A DNA stretch of 64,000 nucleotides from Candidatus Kapaibacterium thiocyanatum (GTDB lineage Bacteria; Bacteroidota; Ignavibacteria; Kapaibacteriales; Kapaibacteriaceae). How positions within the stretch are numbered: position 1 is the stretch's first letter; each line of letters starts with the position of its first letter. The DNA lies in assembly GCA_001899175.1 (NCBI GenBank), contig MKVH01000002.1:287702-351701 (forward strand), in the 5' to 3' direction. The position numbers were made by a program, and so were the translations under genes. The notes beneath the pieces are model-generated. The model was not told where the DNA came from and did not search any database. It saw only the letters and a list, made by a program, of their open reading frames with translations. Below, piece by piece: positions 18,113 to 29,200 of the stretch.

Positions 18113-20484
18113 TCGGACAACTGCTCATTCACGCCCTGTTCGGGCTCACGGTGGTAACGACCATCATGTATGCGCTGGCATACTTCCGCCGTAATCCTTC
18201 CCTTGCGGGTGCGGCACGGCAGATGTTCGGCCTCATCGCCATCTGTCTCGTCGCCTGTGCGTCGATGCTCGTCGTGAACATCATCCAGCACCGGTTCGAC
18301 TATACCTACGTCTACAGCTATTCGTCGACGGAACTGCCGCTTCATCTGCTGATCGCGAGCTTCTACTCTGGACAGGAGGGGAGCTTCCTGCTGTGGACGA
18401 TGCTCGTGAGCATTATCGGCGTCGTCCTGCTGCCATATGCGCGGAAACAGGATTATGAAGCTCCGATGATGATGTTCTACGGACTCATCCTGTGCTTCCT
18501 GACGTTGCTGCTCGTGGCCAAGAATCCGTTCGCCTATTACTACGAGACCTTCGCCGCGCAGGGGATATCGGTAGCCGACGTACCGAACAATGGCCGCGGC
18601 CTCAATCCGCTGCTGCATAATGCATGGATCACGATCCATCCGCCCATCCTCTTCACGGGTTTCGCTGCCATGAGCGTAAGCTTCGTCTTTGCCATGGCCG
18701 GATTGATCAAACGTGACTATCATCGGTGGATCACGGTGGCATTGCCGTGGACGCTTCTCGCGACGGCCGTGCTCGGCTTCGGCATCATGCTCGGTGGGTT
18801 CTGGGCCTACGAAACGCTCGGCTGGGGCGGTTTCTGGGGATGGGATCCCGTGGAGAATTCGTCGCTGATCCCGTGGCTCGTGAGCGTGGCTCTCGTGCAT
18901 ACGATGCTCGTGCAGAAGCGTACACGAGGCCTCGTCAAGACCAACATGATCCTTGCGGTCCTGGCCTTCGTCATGGTGCTGTATTCCACGTTCCTCACGC
19001 GGAGCGGTATCCTCGGCGACACGTCGGTGCACTCCTTCGTCGATCCGGGCAAGTTCGCCTTCTGGATCCTGCTGGCCTTCATGCTCACGTTCACCGTCAT
19101 CGGTCTGTGGCTGGTTCTCTCGCGCCGGTCGGACATGAACGTACGGCGCGAGGACTTCTCGCCTCGTACGCGGGAATTCATGTTGTCCATCGGTGCGGCC
19201 CTCGTGATGGCCAGTGCGGTCTTCGTGACCATCGGTACGTCGTGGCCCGTCATCATGGAAGTGATCGGTCAGCCGAAGGTCGCCGTCTCGGTCGACTTCT
19301 ACAACAAGGTCCACATCATTCTCGTACCGGCCATTCTCATCGTCAATGCGCTGTCGTTGCTGCTGCAATGGCGGAGCACGCCCGGAAGCCTCTTCCGCCG
19401 TCGTGTGCTGACGTCCGGTGTCGTGGCCATTGCCGCCACGGCCGTTGCCGCGATCCTGGGAATCCGCGACGTCGTGTCGCTCGTCCTGATGGTATCGGCA
19501 TGGTTCGCCCTCGTGGTCAACGCACAGATGGGATGGAACTTCGCGCAGCGCTCGCCGGCCATGCTGGGAGCCTACGTATCCCACCTCGGAATCGCCCTGC
19601 TGATCTTCGGCGTCATCACGACGGCGAACTATACGGAGGCGCATCACGCGATGCTGCCGCAGAACGTGCCGACGAAGGTGGGCGATTTCACGCTGACGTA
19701 TCTCGGTTCGCGTGAGATCGACACGACCTTCAAGGACCGCAGGAAAATGGAGTATCTCGTTCGCATCGAACGCGACGGAGCGAAGGCCATGGTGGCGCCC
19801 GTTCTGTACTGGAGCGACTTCAACAAGCGTCAGTCACCCTTCCTCGAGCCCGGTATCCGATGGGGTCTGATGAACGACCTCTATGTGTCTCCGAAGGCCG
19901 AACCCTACATGGACGGCATCTCCGAAGCCGTGACGATACAGCGCAGCGGTACGATCCGCGTACCGGTGGATACGACGCGTACGCTGACCCTGGAGCGGTT
20001 CACGATGCCGATGGAAGAAGGTTCCGCCCAGGACGGACGCATGCAGATGGCGGCGATGCTGGTGGCGACCGATGCCGGTGGCCATCGTGATACCATCAAG
20101 GCGCTGACGAGGATCACGATGGGTGAGAACGGTCCGGGCTTCGATCCCGTATGGGCATCCATTCCCGGTACGACGATCGGCGTGGGCCTGGTACGTATCG
20201 AACGCAACAATGCCGATCCGTCGAAATCCCTCGGCGACCTGGTCTTCCGCGACATCTCCAAGGATGCGCGCGAGGTGTTCACCGTGGAATTCTCCGTCAA
20301 GCCTTTCATCAGCCTCGTATGGTTCGGCGTGATCACGATGGTGGCAGGCTTCGCCTTCTCCATCGTGCGTTATCTACGTCTGAGCAAACAGCAGGGTGCG
20401 CTCGCCGGCACCGACCTCACGCCACGTGCCGACGGCAAGGTCTCCGAGTCCGAGCATGCCGATACGAACGCGGAGCAGACGTAA
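18109..20484 (+). CDS. ccmF: Cytochrome c-type biogenesis protein CcmF (heme lyase component)
   Basis: 791 aa, multi-TM, WWD motif WGGFWGWDPVENSS. C-terminal ~140 aa extend beyond the usual CcmF length. Confidence 0.9.
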   Translation: MIGQLLIHALFGLTVVTTIMYALAYFRRNPSLAGAARQMFGLIAICLVACASMLVVNIIQHRFDYTYVYSYSSTELPLHLLIASFYSGQEGSFLLWTMLVSIIGVVLLPYARKQDYEAPMMMFYGLILCFLTLLLVAKNPFAYYYETFAAQGISVADVPNNGRGLNPLLHNAWITIHPPILFTGFAAMSVSFVFAMAGLIKRDYHRWITVALPWTLLATAVLGFGIMLGGFWAYETLGWGGFWGWDPVENSSLIPWLVSVALVHTMLVQKRTRGLVKTNMILAVLAFVMVLYSTFLTRSGILGDTSVHSFVDPGKFAFWILLAFMLTFTVIGLWLVLSRRSDMNVRREDFSPRTREFMLSIGAALVMASAVFVTIGTSWPVIMEVIGQPKVAVSVDFYNKVHIILVPAILIVNALSLLLQWRSTPGSLFRRRVLTSGVVAIAATAVAAILGIRDVVSLVLMVSAWFALVVNAQMGWNFAQRSPAMLGAYVSHLGIALLIFGVITTANYTEAHHAMLPQNVPTKVGDFTLTYLGSREIDTTFKDRRKMEYLVRIERDGAKAMVAPVLYWSDFNKRQSPFLEPGIRWGLMNDLYVSPKAEPYMDGISEAVTIQRSGTIRVPVDTTRTLTLERFTMPMEEGSAQDGRMQMAAMLVATDAGGHRDTIKALTRITMGENGPGFDPVWASIPGTTIGVGLVRIERNNADPSKSLGDLVFRDISKDAREVFTVEFSVKPFISLVWFGVITMVAGFAFSIVRYLRLSKQQGALAGTDLTPRADGKVSESEHADTNAEQT

Positions 20485-20946
20485 CGTCGGCAGCCCCACG
20501 GATGCCGTCATCCGTCGAACCTGCCTGTTCTTGCCCTCGATCAGTTCCAGTTCGAGCCAGTCCACGGGAACGTTCTTCCGCTCGCGGATCGGCGGTATGC
20601 GCTCGTGTACCGTCGGTGCAGGATGCAATCTCCGTGCCCGGCATGGGCGGGTACGATAGTCTCCGATCATGACTCCACGACGAAGTGCGGCAAGTGCCTC
20701 GTCCGAGATCGTGCCCTCGACCTGCGACCAGTAGGTACGCCAGTGTGCCTGCGATGGATCGAGCAGGCGCGAAGTCAATCCCTTCTCGTCGCCGAGCAGC
20801 AACATCCCCTCACTGTCCGCATCCAGGCGTCCGACAGGATAGACACCGGCAGGGAAGTCGAACGCAGCCAGCGTTCCGTAGGTGCTGCCGGGTTCCGGTG
20901 TGAATTGCGAGAGAATGCCGAAGGGTTTGTTGAAGAGAAGAAGCAT
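20374..20946 (-). CDS. rluE: 23S rRNA pseudouridine synthase RluE
   Basis: LLFNKPFGILSQFTPE...GRLDADSEGMLLL...NRQVRRMTASVGLPTLRLLRVRIG, close to E. coli RluE throughout. Confidence 0.85.
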   Translation of the reverse strand: MLLLFNKPFGILSQFTPEPGSTYGTLAAFDFPAGVYPVGRLDADSEGMLLLGDEKGLTSRLLDPSQAHWRTYWSQVEGTISDEALAALRRGVMIGDYRTRPCRARRLHPAPTVHERIPPIRERKNVPVDWLELELIEGKNRQVRRMTASVGLPTLRLLRVRIGMLGLGDLAVGTWREVGAGERTLLFAQT

Positions 20947-20995
20947 CGCGCAAGATACCGCACAGGAGCGATGGAGTCTGCTCCACCTGACATCG

Positions 20996-23149
20996 TCAAC
21001 GCATGAAGCCCGGAACGACCTCGCTCACGCGTCCGTCACTCACGCGCAGCCAGTACGGTCCGGAAGGTATGGTCTGCGGATCGTATACGGCCGGCAGTCC
21101 TTTCACGAGCGATAGCCTCGTCCCATGGATGACACGGCCCAGGAGATCGACGACGTCCATCGTGACCGTCACGTTCCTGTCCGCATGCAGCATCACGGCC
21201 GCACGGCCGTCGTTGCCCGTCACGTATTCCATACGAAGCGAGCCCGCGACGGACGGATCGAAGAGCCGCACCTTGCCATCGCGGCATAATGAATCCACCG
21301 TGATGCTGCCCTGGTCGACGATGGTACGGATGCCGATGGACATGTCCTGGTCGTCATACCATGTCGGCTCGAGAAGGAGGGAGGAATCCGATTCCATCGG
21401 ACCCATCACGATGCGGCCGGGAATGCGGATGAGCGTATCGCCGACGTTGATCCCACTCAGCGAATCGATGTCGATGGTATACGTGCGCTCGAAGGTCGAG
21501 GCCGTGATGCGTGTCGACGTGCCTGCGTCGGGAACGAAGAGGGCATCGTTCCACTGCAGTCTGAAGCTGAGTCGTTCGGGATGGAAGGCGGAATAGACCG
21601 CTGTATCGCTCACGCCTTCGAACGTGACGGCGATAGTGGAAGCGTCTCCCGGCATACCGGCGATGTCGTTCACTTTCAGGACATAGTAGGGCTTGTACAG
21701 CCGCTCGAAGGCCATGCCGCCCGTATAGCCATAGGATTCGGCAGGACCGTATCCGTAGATCGAAATACCGAATGCCGAATCACAGACGATGGTATGGGAA
21801 CCGTAGGCGACGGAAATGTGGGCATAGCTGTGACGCGTACCCGGTATCGGAACGTAGTTCACATTCGGAGATATCCCATCGACACGGAGGGAGGACGTTG
21901 CGCCGTTCGCGCAGACGACGGTTAAGGTATGCTCGTTGTAGAACGGGGTGAAGCCGGGCTGCGGTTCGATATTCGCCACCGTATATCCGCTCAGATACTG
22001 TTCCGTTGGCGGTACGATGAGAAGGAATGGATCACCGCTGCGGATGTTCATGGTTCCCGTGGGAGAGCTGGAACGATCGATGATCGCACAAAGCACGGGG
22101 CTGGTCGCCGAGACGACGACCGGCTGCCTGAGGAGACCTTCCAGCCAGGCTCCCGCATCGAGCCTGACGGGAGCCTGGCCGTTGATGCTGACCATCGTTC
22201 CGTTCTCGCTGCCGAGAATGCGATACAGTGGAGCGTCGTTCGGATTGGTATAGACGGCGTCGGCCGGTGGTCTTGGTGGAATGACGATGCAGCTCTTTCC
22301 CCACGTATCGACGGGCAGGACCTGTTCGATCAGGATATCGCGGCTGGTATTCGTACTGGCCAACGGTGCGCGGGCACGCATATGGCCGGAGATCACGGCG
22401 ATGGGGCGGGTGGACCGGACCAGCGAACCCGTGAGATCGTCGGTCAGGTCGGTCTCGGATGCCCAGGCCTGTACCAGATAGGTTTCGCCCTTGTCCAGAC
22501 GCGTCGTGCGACGTCCGCCCGGACCCATGGACGTCCTGCCCGGTACCGCGTCGATGGTGATGTCCGTCGAGTCCTGTGTCGCGATGACGACGAACTGGCT
22601 CGGGAATGCGGACAGGGTCGATCCTCCGAAGGGATTCGGGGTGACCGTGACGAGGGATGGGTAGGACATGATACGATGGTCGATTCCGAGGACGTCGGTC
22701 GGCAGGACGAGCCAGGCATCCGTCGTGAGGAATTCGCGTGAGGCCGCATAGACCGTGACCTCGTCGTCGGAGACGATATGGAGCGAGTACGGCGTCGCCC
22801 GTTCGTCGTCATGCTGGCGGTCCAGCACGTAGTCATGGGAACGCAGCTCGAAGTCCTGATAGGCCAGATCGACCAATACCATTTCGTTGGCATTCGGAAG
22901 GTCGACGTCCATGCGGAACGGAGCACCGCTCCGCTGCACGCCTGTGATCGTGGCCTTCGTCGGACGTTCGGCCGTGATGTAGATGTACAGGCCCGGATTC
23001 TGGGACGATGCATGATCGTTGGGAGGGAAGGCCAGCCAGAAGTCCGTTCCCTTGCTGTCCCGAAGGGATTGTGCCGACGTGTAGGACGACGCTGCCATGA
23101 TCAGCAGCGCGATCATGGTCAGCGATACGAAGCGATGGTGCGTGTACAT
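20996..23149 (-). CDS. Secreted protein with IgGFc-binding-like N-terminal domain (GTDFWLAFPPN) and T9SS C-terminal sorting domain
   Basis: Signal peptide MYTHHRFVSLTMIALLIMAASSYTSAQ. C-terminal ~80 aa resemble a Por/T9SS CTD. Confidence 0.6.
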   Translation of the reverse strand: MYTHHRFVSLTMIALLIMAASSYTSAQSLRDSKGTDFWLAFPPNDHASSQNPGLYIYITAERPTKATITGVQRSGAPFRMDVDLPNANEMVLVDLAYQDFELRSHDYVLDRQHDDERATPYSLHIVSDDEVTVYAASREFLTTDAWLVLPTDVLGIDHRIMSYPSLVTVTPNPFGGSTLSAFPSQFVVIATQDSTDITIDAVPGRTSMGPGGRRTTRLDKGETYLVQAWASETDLTDDLTGSLVRSTRPIAVISGHMRARAPLASTNTSRDILIEQVLPVDTWGKSCIVIPPRPPADAVYTNPNDAPLYRILGSENGTMVSINGQAPVRLDAGAWLEGLLRQPVVVSATSPVLCAIIDRSSSPTGTMNIRSGDPFLLIVPPTEQYLSGYTVANIEPQPGFTPFYNEHTLTVVCANGATSSLRVDGISPNVNYVPIPGTRHSYAHISVAYGSHTIVCDSAFGISIYGYGPAESYGYTGGMAFERLYKPYYVLKVNDIAGMPGDASTIAVTFEGVSDTAVYSAFHPERLSFRLQWNDALFVPDAGTSTRITASTFERTYTIDIDSLSGINVGDTLIRIPGRIVMGPMESDSSLLLEPTWYDDQDMSIGIRTIVDQGSITVDSLCRDGKVRLFDPSVAGSLRMEYVTGNDGRAAVMLHADRNVTVTMDVVDLLGRVIHGTRLSLVKGLPAVYDPQTIPSGPYWLRVSDGRVSEVVPGFMR

Positions 23150-24231
23150 AGCTCTATCATCTCCCTCGCAGAACGTTCCCACGTAAAGGTGGATGCCCAG
23201 CGCACGGCACCTTCGCTCAGACGACGACACTCCTCGTCGTTCACCAGTACGTGTTTGATTGTTCGTGCTAGACTATCGATATCGCCATATTGATACAGTT
23301 TCCCCGATTCTCCATCGCGGATGGAGTCCCTCAGCCCGGGCACGTCGGCGCTTATCACCGGTGTTCCGCAGGCATTGGCTTCGATGTTCGTGATTCCCCA
23401 GCCCTCCTTGACGGAGGTATTGACGGCCACATGGGCCTCGGACAACATACGTACCTTTTCCTCATCGGTGACGAAGCCGGTGAAGGTCACGTTGTCCGCG
23501 ATTCCCAGTTCGCGGCACAGATCCTCGAGTCTCGGCCGGTCGTCACCCGTTCCCATGATATTGACGCGCAGGTCGGGAATGTCCCGCTTGACCATCGCTG
23601 CGGCGAGGAGGAGATGGTCGACGGACTTGTACTTCTTGAGACGTCCGAAATAGACGATGGTAGGGCGTGCATTCTTCGTTCCGACCGTCATGGGAAAGGC
23701 GTGCTGGTCGATGGCGTTATGGATCACGCTGATGTGCGATCCGTCGAGGCCGCGTTCGATGCATTCCTTGCGCGTGCTTTCCGAGACGACGTTGATCGGT
23801 GTGTTGCGATAGATCCGCCCTATACGATCCTCGAAGAACTTGACGTAGGCGCCGGCGGCGAAGCCGGCCTGCTGGAAGATCGCGGGACCGAAGAAATGAT
23901 GGATCAGGGCGAGGAGCGGGCGTCGCACATAGAGCGGCGTGAAGAACGGAATCTTGTTGATGTCGTCGATGACGATATCGGGTGCCAGGGCATCGACGTG
24001 ACGACGATACCAGCGGGGGACGGTGTAGTTGAACGTGGACCTGTTACCTGCCCGGATGACGTCGATACCATCGAGCGTTTCACGATGCGGCGCATCGTCG
24101 TAGTGGCTGCAGAACAACGTCACCGGGTGTCCTGCAGCCGCTATGCGTCCGAAAATTTCATGGAGATGGGTTTCGGCACCACCCGCCTGGGGATTCGTGC
24201 GATCCTGCCAGTTAAGAACGAGAATGCGCAT
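23119..24231 (-). CDS. Glycosyltransferase family 4
   Basis: MRILVLNWQDRTNPQAGGAETHLHEIF... and C-terminal GT4 motif GWGITNIEANACGTPVISAD. Confidence 0.8.
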   Translation of the reverse strand: MRILVLNWQDRTNPQAGGAETHLHEIFGRIAAAGHPVTLFCSHYDDAPHRETLDGIDVIRAGNRSTFNYTVPRWYRRHVDALAPDIVIDDINKIPFFTPLYVRRPLLALIHHFFGPAIFQQAGFAAGAYVKFFEDRIGRIYRNTPINVVSESTRKECIERGLDGSHISVIHNAIDQHAFPMTVGTKNARPTIVYFGRLKKYKSVDHLLLAAAMVKRDIPDLRVNIMGTGDDRPRLEDLCRELGIADNVTFTGFVTDEEKVRMLSEAHVAVNTSVKEGWGITNIEANACGTPVISADVPGLRDSIRDGESGKLYQYGDIDSLARTIKHVLVNDEECRRLSEGAVRWASTFTWERSAREMIELCTRTIASYR

Positions 24232-24234
24232 CGA

Positions 24235-26298
24235 TCAGCGTTGGGGCGTTTCCACGAGCACTTCCACCGTACGCGAGTAGAAGCGTCCTTCCGGTGTGTC
24301 GTTATTGTAGAGTGGCAGACGTTCGCCGAGGCCGGATGCACTCGCTTCGCCGACACCGAGGGCCTTTGCGACCGTCCGTGCCCGCTGTTCGCTCAGGCGC
24401 TGGTTGTAGTCCTCGGAGCCCGTCCTGTCCGTATAGCCTACGACGCGCACCTGCGACGTCGGCTGGATACGTTCCTTCACGTCGTTGACGACGCTCTGGT
24501 TCGCCGGTGAAAGGTCGGCCTTGTCGAAGGCGAAGAGAATGAGGCTGTAGCGATCGATCGTCTTGTCGGTACTGCCCGACGAACGCTTGCTGTCGATGGT
24601 CACTTCGCTGATGGGCAGTTTCGAGGACTGGGAAGGAATCACCATGCCGCTCGAATCCCGAACGACGAGCAGGTACTTGAGTTCGCCTGATCCATGCGGG
24701 ATATAGGCGGATTGCTCTTCGATTCTCCAGTCCACGCTGGGTGGAATCGGATTGCCATCGTGGAAGGTCTTGATGATGCGGTCGTTATTCGTGACGAACA
24801 GCGTCCACGTTGCGATGGGAATGCGCGGATCGATAGACGGCTGGAAGCGGATACCGGCTGGCTGGAAGACACGCATGGTATCGCGCGATTCCACGGGGGC
24901 GAGGATGGCGGGTGACGACGAGCTGATCTCGACGCGTCTGTTCTCCGCACGACCATCGACGTCGGCTTCGTTCGACGGCTTGTCCGGGAGGCCACGCGTT
25001 TCGATGTTCACATGGGATGGATCGACATCCCACATCCCCACGAGGTAACTCTTCACCGCAGCGGCACGCGATGTCGCGATGCCCGTATTTCTCGATGCTT
25101 CCGTACCGTCCGTGCATCCCGTCAGGGTGATGCTTGCCGACGGATCCTGTTGCATCCGCTTGCCGATGATGTTCAGCAGGTGATAGTAGGTGTGCATTGC
25201 GTCGAGGTTGTAGAAGTTCTCGACGGCGAACGCTTCCGTCTGTTCATCCCTGAGGCGGCGATACCGGACCGGTACGTCCGACGAGTTCTCGTCGAAGAAG
25301 ACGTAGGGAAGGATGGGGCGTACGCGTCGTGAAGCGAATTCCTCGATCCGTATCGACGTTCCCGTCGTGCGGCCGTCTTCCGTCAGGCCTGTGGCCGAAA
25401 CGGCGGACGTGAACGGGATACCGGGAGTATTCTTCGTCGGCGGGGTGATCGTGCGTGCGAAATCATAGAGTTCCGCATCCGACAGCGAGTCGTCCACAAC
25501 GTCGGGCGGGATGAAGGACAGGGCAAGTCCCGCACGGATCTGATGCGTGTTCCACGAGAGGCCCGAGACGACGGGCATCGGCGAGAACGTGAAGAGGACT
25601 TCAGGGCTCAGGAGGACCGTCTTGTCGGCATTCAGAGGGATGTCGTACGAGGCGCCGACGGTGACGCCGAGGGCGAGTTGACTGGCCTTGGGAATGTCGC
25701 CCGAGACGACATTGCGCTGACGCTGGTCGTTGGAGAAGGTGGCATTGGACGGCGAGACCAGCACTTCGGCCTGGTCGAACGTCGCACCCAGCAGGTAGCC
25801 TGCGGTGAATCCGCCATGCAACGTGAATTCGGGATTGACATGATAACCGAACAATGGTTCTATGCTGATCTGCTTGAACGAGGCCGTGAGGTCATGGCGG
25901 ATCGTGGCGGGGCCTGTCGTTCCGTCCGACATCATGATGGTCTTGTTCTCCGTGGCCGAGAAGGGTGCCTGATACTGACCGTAATGCAGACGTATCGCGA
26001 TCTGCGTCGTCGCGTTGAAGGGCGAGATGTAGGTAAGACCTGCGAACCATCCCGTACCCGTCACACCGGAGAATTCCGGGCAGCAATTGGGGACGGTGGG
26101 CAGACTCGAGAAGGAAGCGGAATGCAGACCGATGGCGTAGTTACCGAACAGGCCGATGCGCGGGCGGAGCAGGGGATCGGTCTGTACCTGGGCCTCGAGC
26201 TGTTGCGCGAACGTGCATACGAACAGTGCAGCGAGAAGAAAACGCATCATGACGGTCCTGGGTGTAGTCGTTCGATTGGGGGCTTGGTTGGAGATCAC
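24235..26298 (-). CDS. OmpA-family outer-membrane protein with tandem OmpA-like domains (paralog A)
   Basis: C-terminal VVGYTDRTGSEDYNQRLSEQRARTVAKAL, plus an internal LTGCTDGT...NRRVEI OmpA-like domain. N-terminal predicted barrel has a CCP motif. Likely signal peptide starts at M17 (26250). Confidence 0.8.
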   Translation of the reverse strand: MISNQAPNRTTTPRTVMMRFLLAALFVCTFAQQLEAQVQTDPLLRPRIGLFGNYAIGLHSASFSSLPTVPNCCPEFSGVTGTGWFAGLTYISPFNATTQIAIRLHYGQYQAPFSATENKTIMMSDGTTGPATIRHDLTASFKQISIEPLFGYHVNPEFTLHGGFTAGYLLGATFDQAEVLVSPSNATFSNDQRQRNVVSGDIPKASQLALGVTVGASYDIPLNADKTVLLSPEVLFTFSPMPVVSGLSWNTHQIRAGLALSFIPPDVVDDSLSDAELYDFARTITPPTKNTPGIPFTSAVSATGLTEDGRTTGTSIRIEEFASRRVRPILPYVFFDENSSDVPVRYRRLRDEQTEAFAVENFYNLDAMHTYYHLLNIIGKRMQQDPSASITLTGCTDGTEASRNTGIATSRAAAVKSYLVGMWDVDPSHVNIETRGLPDKPSNEADVDGRAENRRVEISSSSPAILAPVESRDTMRVFQPAGIRFQPSIDPRIPIATWTLFVTNNDRIIKTFHDGNPIPPSVDWRIEEQSAYIPHGSGELKYLLVVRDSSGMVIPSQSSKLPISEVTIDSKRSSGSTDKTIDRYSLILFAFDKADLSPANQSVVNDVKERIQPTSQVRVVGYTDRTGSEDYNQRLSEQRARTVAKALGVGEASASGLGERLPLYNNDTPEGRFYSRTVEVLVETPQR

Positions 26299-29200
26299 TT
26301 CGAAATCTCCAGTCGTTGTGAGCGGCGTTCCGTCGGAGTCGTCATGAGGATGTAGTAGGCACCGTTCGACATCGTCGTGACGTCGAAGGGCAGGCGGTAC
26401 ACACCCGGCTGGAGATAGCGATCAACGATCGTCGCGAGCGTGCGTCCGGTCATGTCGACGACGGTCACGGTCGTATGGCCGCGTTCGACGACGGCCACGT
26501 CGATCGTCGCCGGTCCGGTCGCAGGCTGCGGTGAGACGTGGATGCCGGCTCCCTGTGCCGCAAGCTTGATGAGTCGTGGTCCACCCTGGCGGCAAAGGTC
26601 GTCGAGGATGACCTGTCCGGGTTGCGTGCGTACCAGGATGGTATCCGCTACGCGGATGTTCGTGAAGGCGACGGTGGACGCCGTGTCGTTGCCCCACAGC
26701 GAATGGAAGCGGAGTGTCGTCGCGAGCGAGTCGTTGCCAGCGGGAATCGTGATGCGTACGGGAATCGTTCGCATGCCGTTGCTGACCGTACCGACAGGTG
26801 TCTGCCCCGAAGGCATCAGCAGGGTGGCGTTGACGATGACATCGACATCGATGTCACGGACCGTCGTGCGGTCGAGGTTGATCTTGTCGGTGATGTAGAC
26901 CGGTACGTCGATGCCACGGTCCGTATGTACGCGCATCGTGTCGGCACGGAGCAGGACACCGATATAGGTGCTGACGGTGGCACGGAATTGCAGCGTCTGA
27001 TTGTGGTTGCAGGTCGAGTCCATGAACGTGTACGATGCCGTATAGGCATTACCTGCCGTGCCCCCGCGGAAGCGGACGACGACGGTCGAGATGCCGCCCG
27101 GCGGTGTTACGTCGGGAAGGATGGATTCGATCCGGAAGGTTCCGAGTTCGATGGGCCCCTTGGGCCAGCGCAGTGATACCGTTCCGGTGTTGAGGATCTG
27201 GAACGTCTCCGTTGCAGGTGTATTCTCCGGAACGTTATCGAATGCGACGACGGGACGTGTGAGTTCGAAGCCGATCGAATCCTTGCGGGCAACGAGTTGC
27301 GTATAGGTTTCGCCGCCGATGGCATTCATGGCCGTCGACGTGAAGATCGCCTGCGCCGTGCGGATGCCCGGAATCATCGGCGTGAAGCGGATGATGAAGT
27401 CCTGCTTCGCCTTCGCTGCGAGTTCGAGCGGAAACTGTATCGATCCCACCGGAGTGATGGTGAATTCGGAGGCGTTCAGTCCGGCGACGCGTGCCTCGAA
27501 CAGGAGGAGCGATGAGTTGCCCGTATTCGACACGGTGATGGTCCGCTCCACCGGTGTGCTGTTGCAGGCATCGACGTCGAAGACGACCGACTGAACCGTC
27601 GAGATGGTGGCGTCGCCGCTGCCCTCACCGTAGAGTTTGACGACGATGGGAGCGCCAGATTCCGTCGTGAGGGTGACCTGTGCCGCGAAGCGGCCAAGGT
27701 CGGTGGGTTCGAAGCGCAGGATCAGGGAACGCGTCTCACCCGGAGCGAGGGTGAAGAATCCACCGCCCTGGACGATGGAGAACTGTCCTGATGCCGGGCC
27801 CGTCAGCGACGTTCCGGTGACGCGTACGGCCTCCGTGGCCGATGCCGGTAGGCTGATCACGATGGTCGTGTCGTTGGTGCCGAGGTTGGCGACCTTGCGT
27901 CCGAAGTCGACGAGATACGGTACCTGGAGTTGGGGCAAGGTACCGTTGCCGAAGACGCGTGTGCGGATCGTTCCCGTACCGGTTTCGATATCCAGATCTG
28001 CGCTACGGGCTCCTGCGGCCGTCGGTGCGAAGGCGAACTCCACGTCGAGAGCGGCACCGGGTGCCAGCATCGTGGACGTCGGAACGGAGACCATGTCGAA
28101 GTCCGTGAGATCGCCGGATGCGAGCCTGACGCTACGGATGGCAAGCGGCGTCGTACCGGTGTTGCGCACCACGGTCGCCGTCTTGTCGATACCGTTGCGG
28201 ACCATGACCGTCCCCATGTCGACGTCGCTGCCCGTTGCCGTACCGCCGACGACGGAGAAGGTGGCGTCGGAGACGTCCTCAGTGAGACGAAGGCCACCGA
28301 GGTTCCATATCCGTGCCGTGAAGTCCGTGGAGGCGGTGATGACGGACGTTCCGTTCTGACCGTATCGTGCGCTGTAGACCAGCCCGCGGTGGCCGGCGAG
28401 GAAGTTCGTCATGCGCAGCGTTCCCGCATCCAGGAACTTCGCCGTGCCATCGCCGCCTGCGGCGAGGATCTGGCTGCCGTTCGGAGAGTATCGTACGGAC
28501 AGGATGGAACCGCTGGACGGATTCGACTGCGTTCGTTGCTGGCCGGTGGACGCATTCCAGGTCCGTACCGTGAGATCGGCACTGCCTGAGACGACGGTGC
28601 TGCCGTCAGGCGAGATGTCCGCGCTGTAGACCGGACCGGTATGTCCGGTGAAACGCTGGATGACGTCCATCTGGTTGACGTCACGGATGACGGCGGTCTG
28701 TCCCTCGCCGCAGACGAGGCGCGTACCGTCGCCGTTCATGACGATGGAGTGTACGGCGCCCGTGACCTGCGTCTGCTGTCCGGCGATGGCGCCGTTCTGG
28801 ATCACCGTCAGGGCGTTGTCCTGTCCTACATATAGCTTGGATCCGTCCTTCGAGAAGACGAGCGACCATACGCGGCTACCGACCGGGATGGTCTGGATGA
28901 GCTGACGCGTATCGATGTCGAAGAATCGCACGGTGCCGTCGAAACTGCCGCTGGCCACGACGGGTTGCGTCGGGTGGCCCGCCACGGACGATACCCAGTC
29001 ACCATGCGTACCGAGACGGGCGATATGTTCACCGGTCTGTGCATTCCAGAGATTGACGCCGCCATCATGGCCGCCCGTTACCGCCCGGGTTCCACCTGCC
29101 ACGAATTCTGCCGTATAGAGGGGCTGTTCACCCGACAGGACGACGACCTTCGATGCATCGATGACCGTCTGCTGGATACGGACCTTGGCATGAGTCGTTT

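Noticed and set aside
17950-19647. 565-aa minus-strand ORF over ccmF
   Set aside because: R/D/E/H-rich composition typical of high-GC antisense frames, while the ccmF sense frame has clear WWD/TM features.
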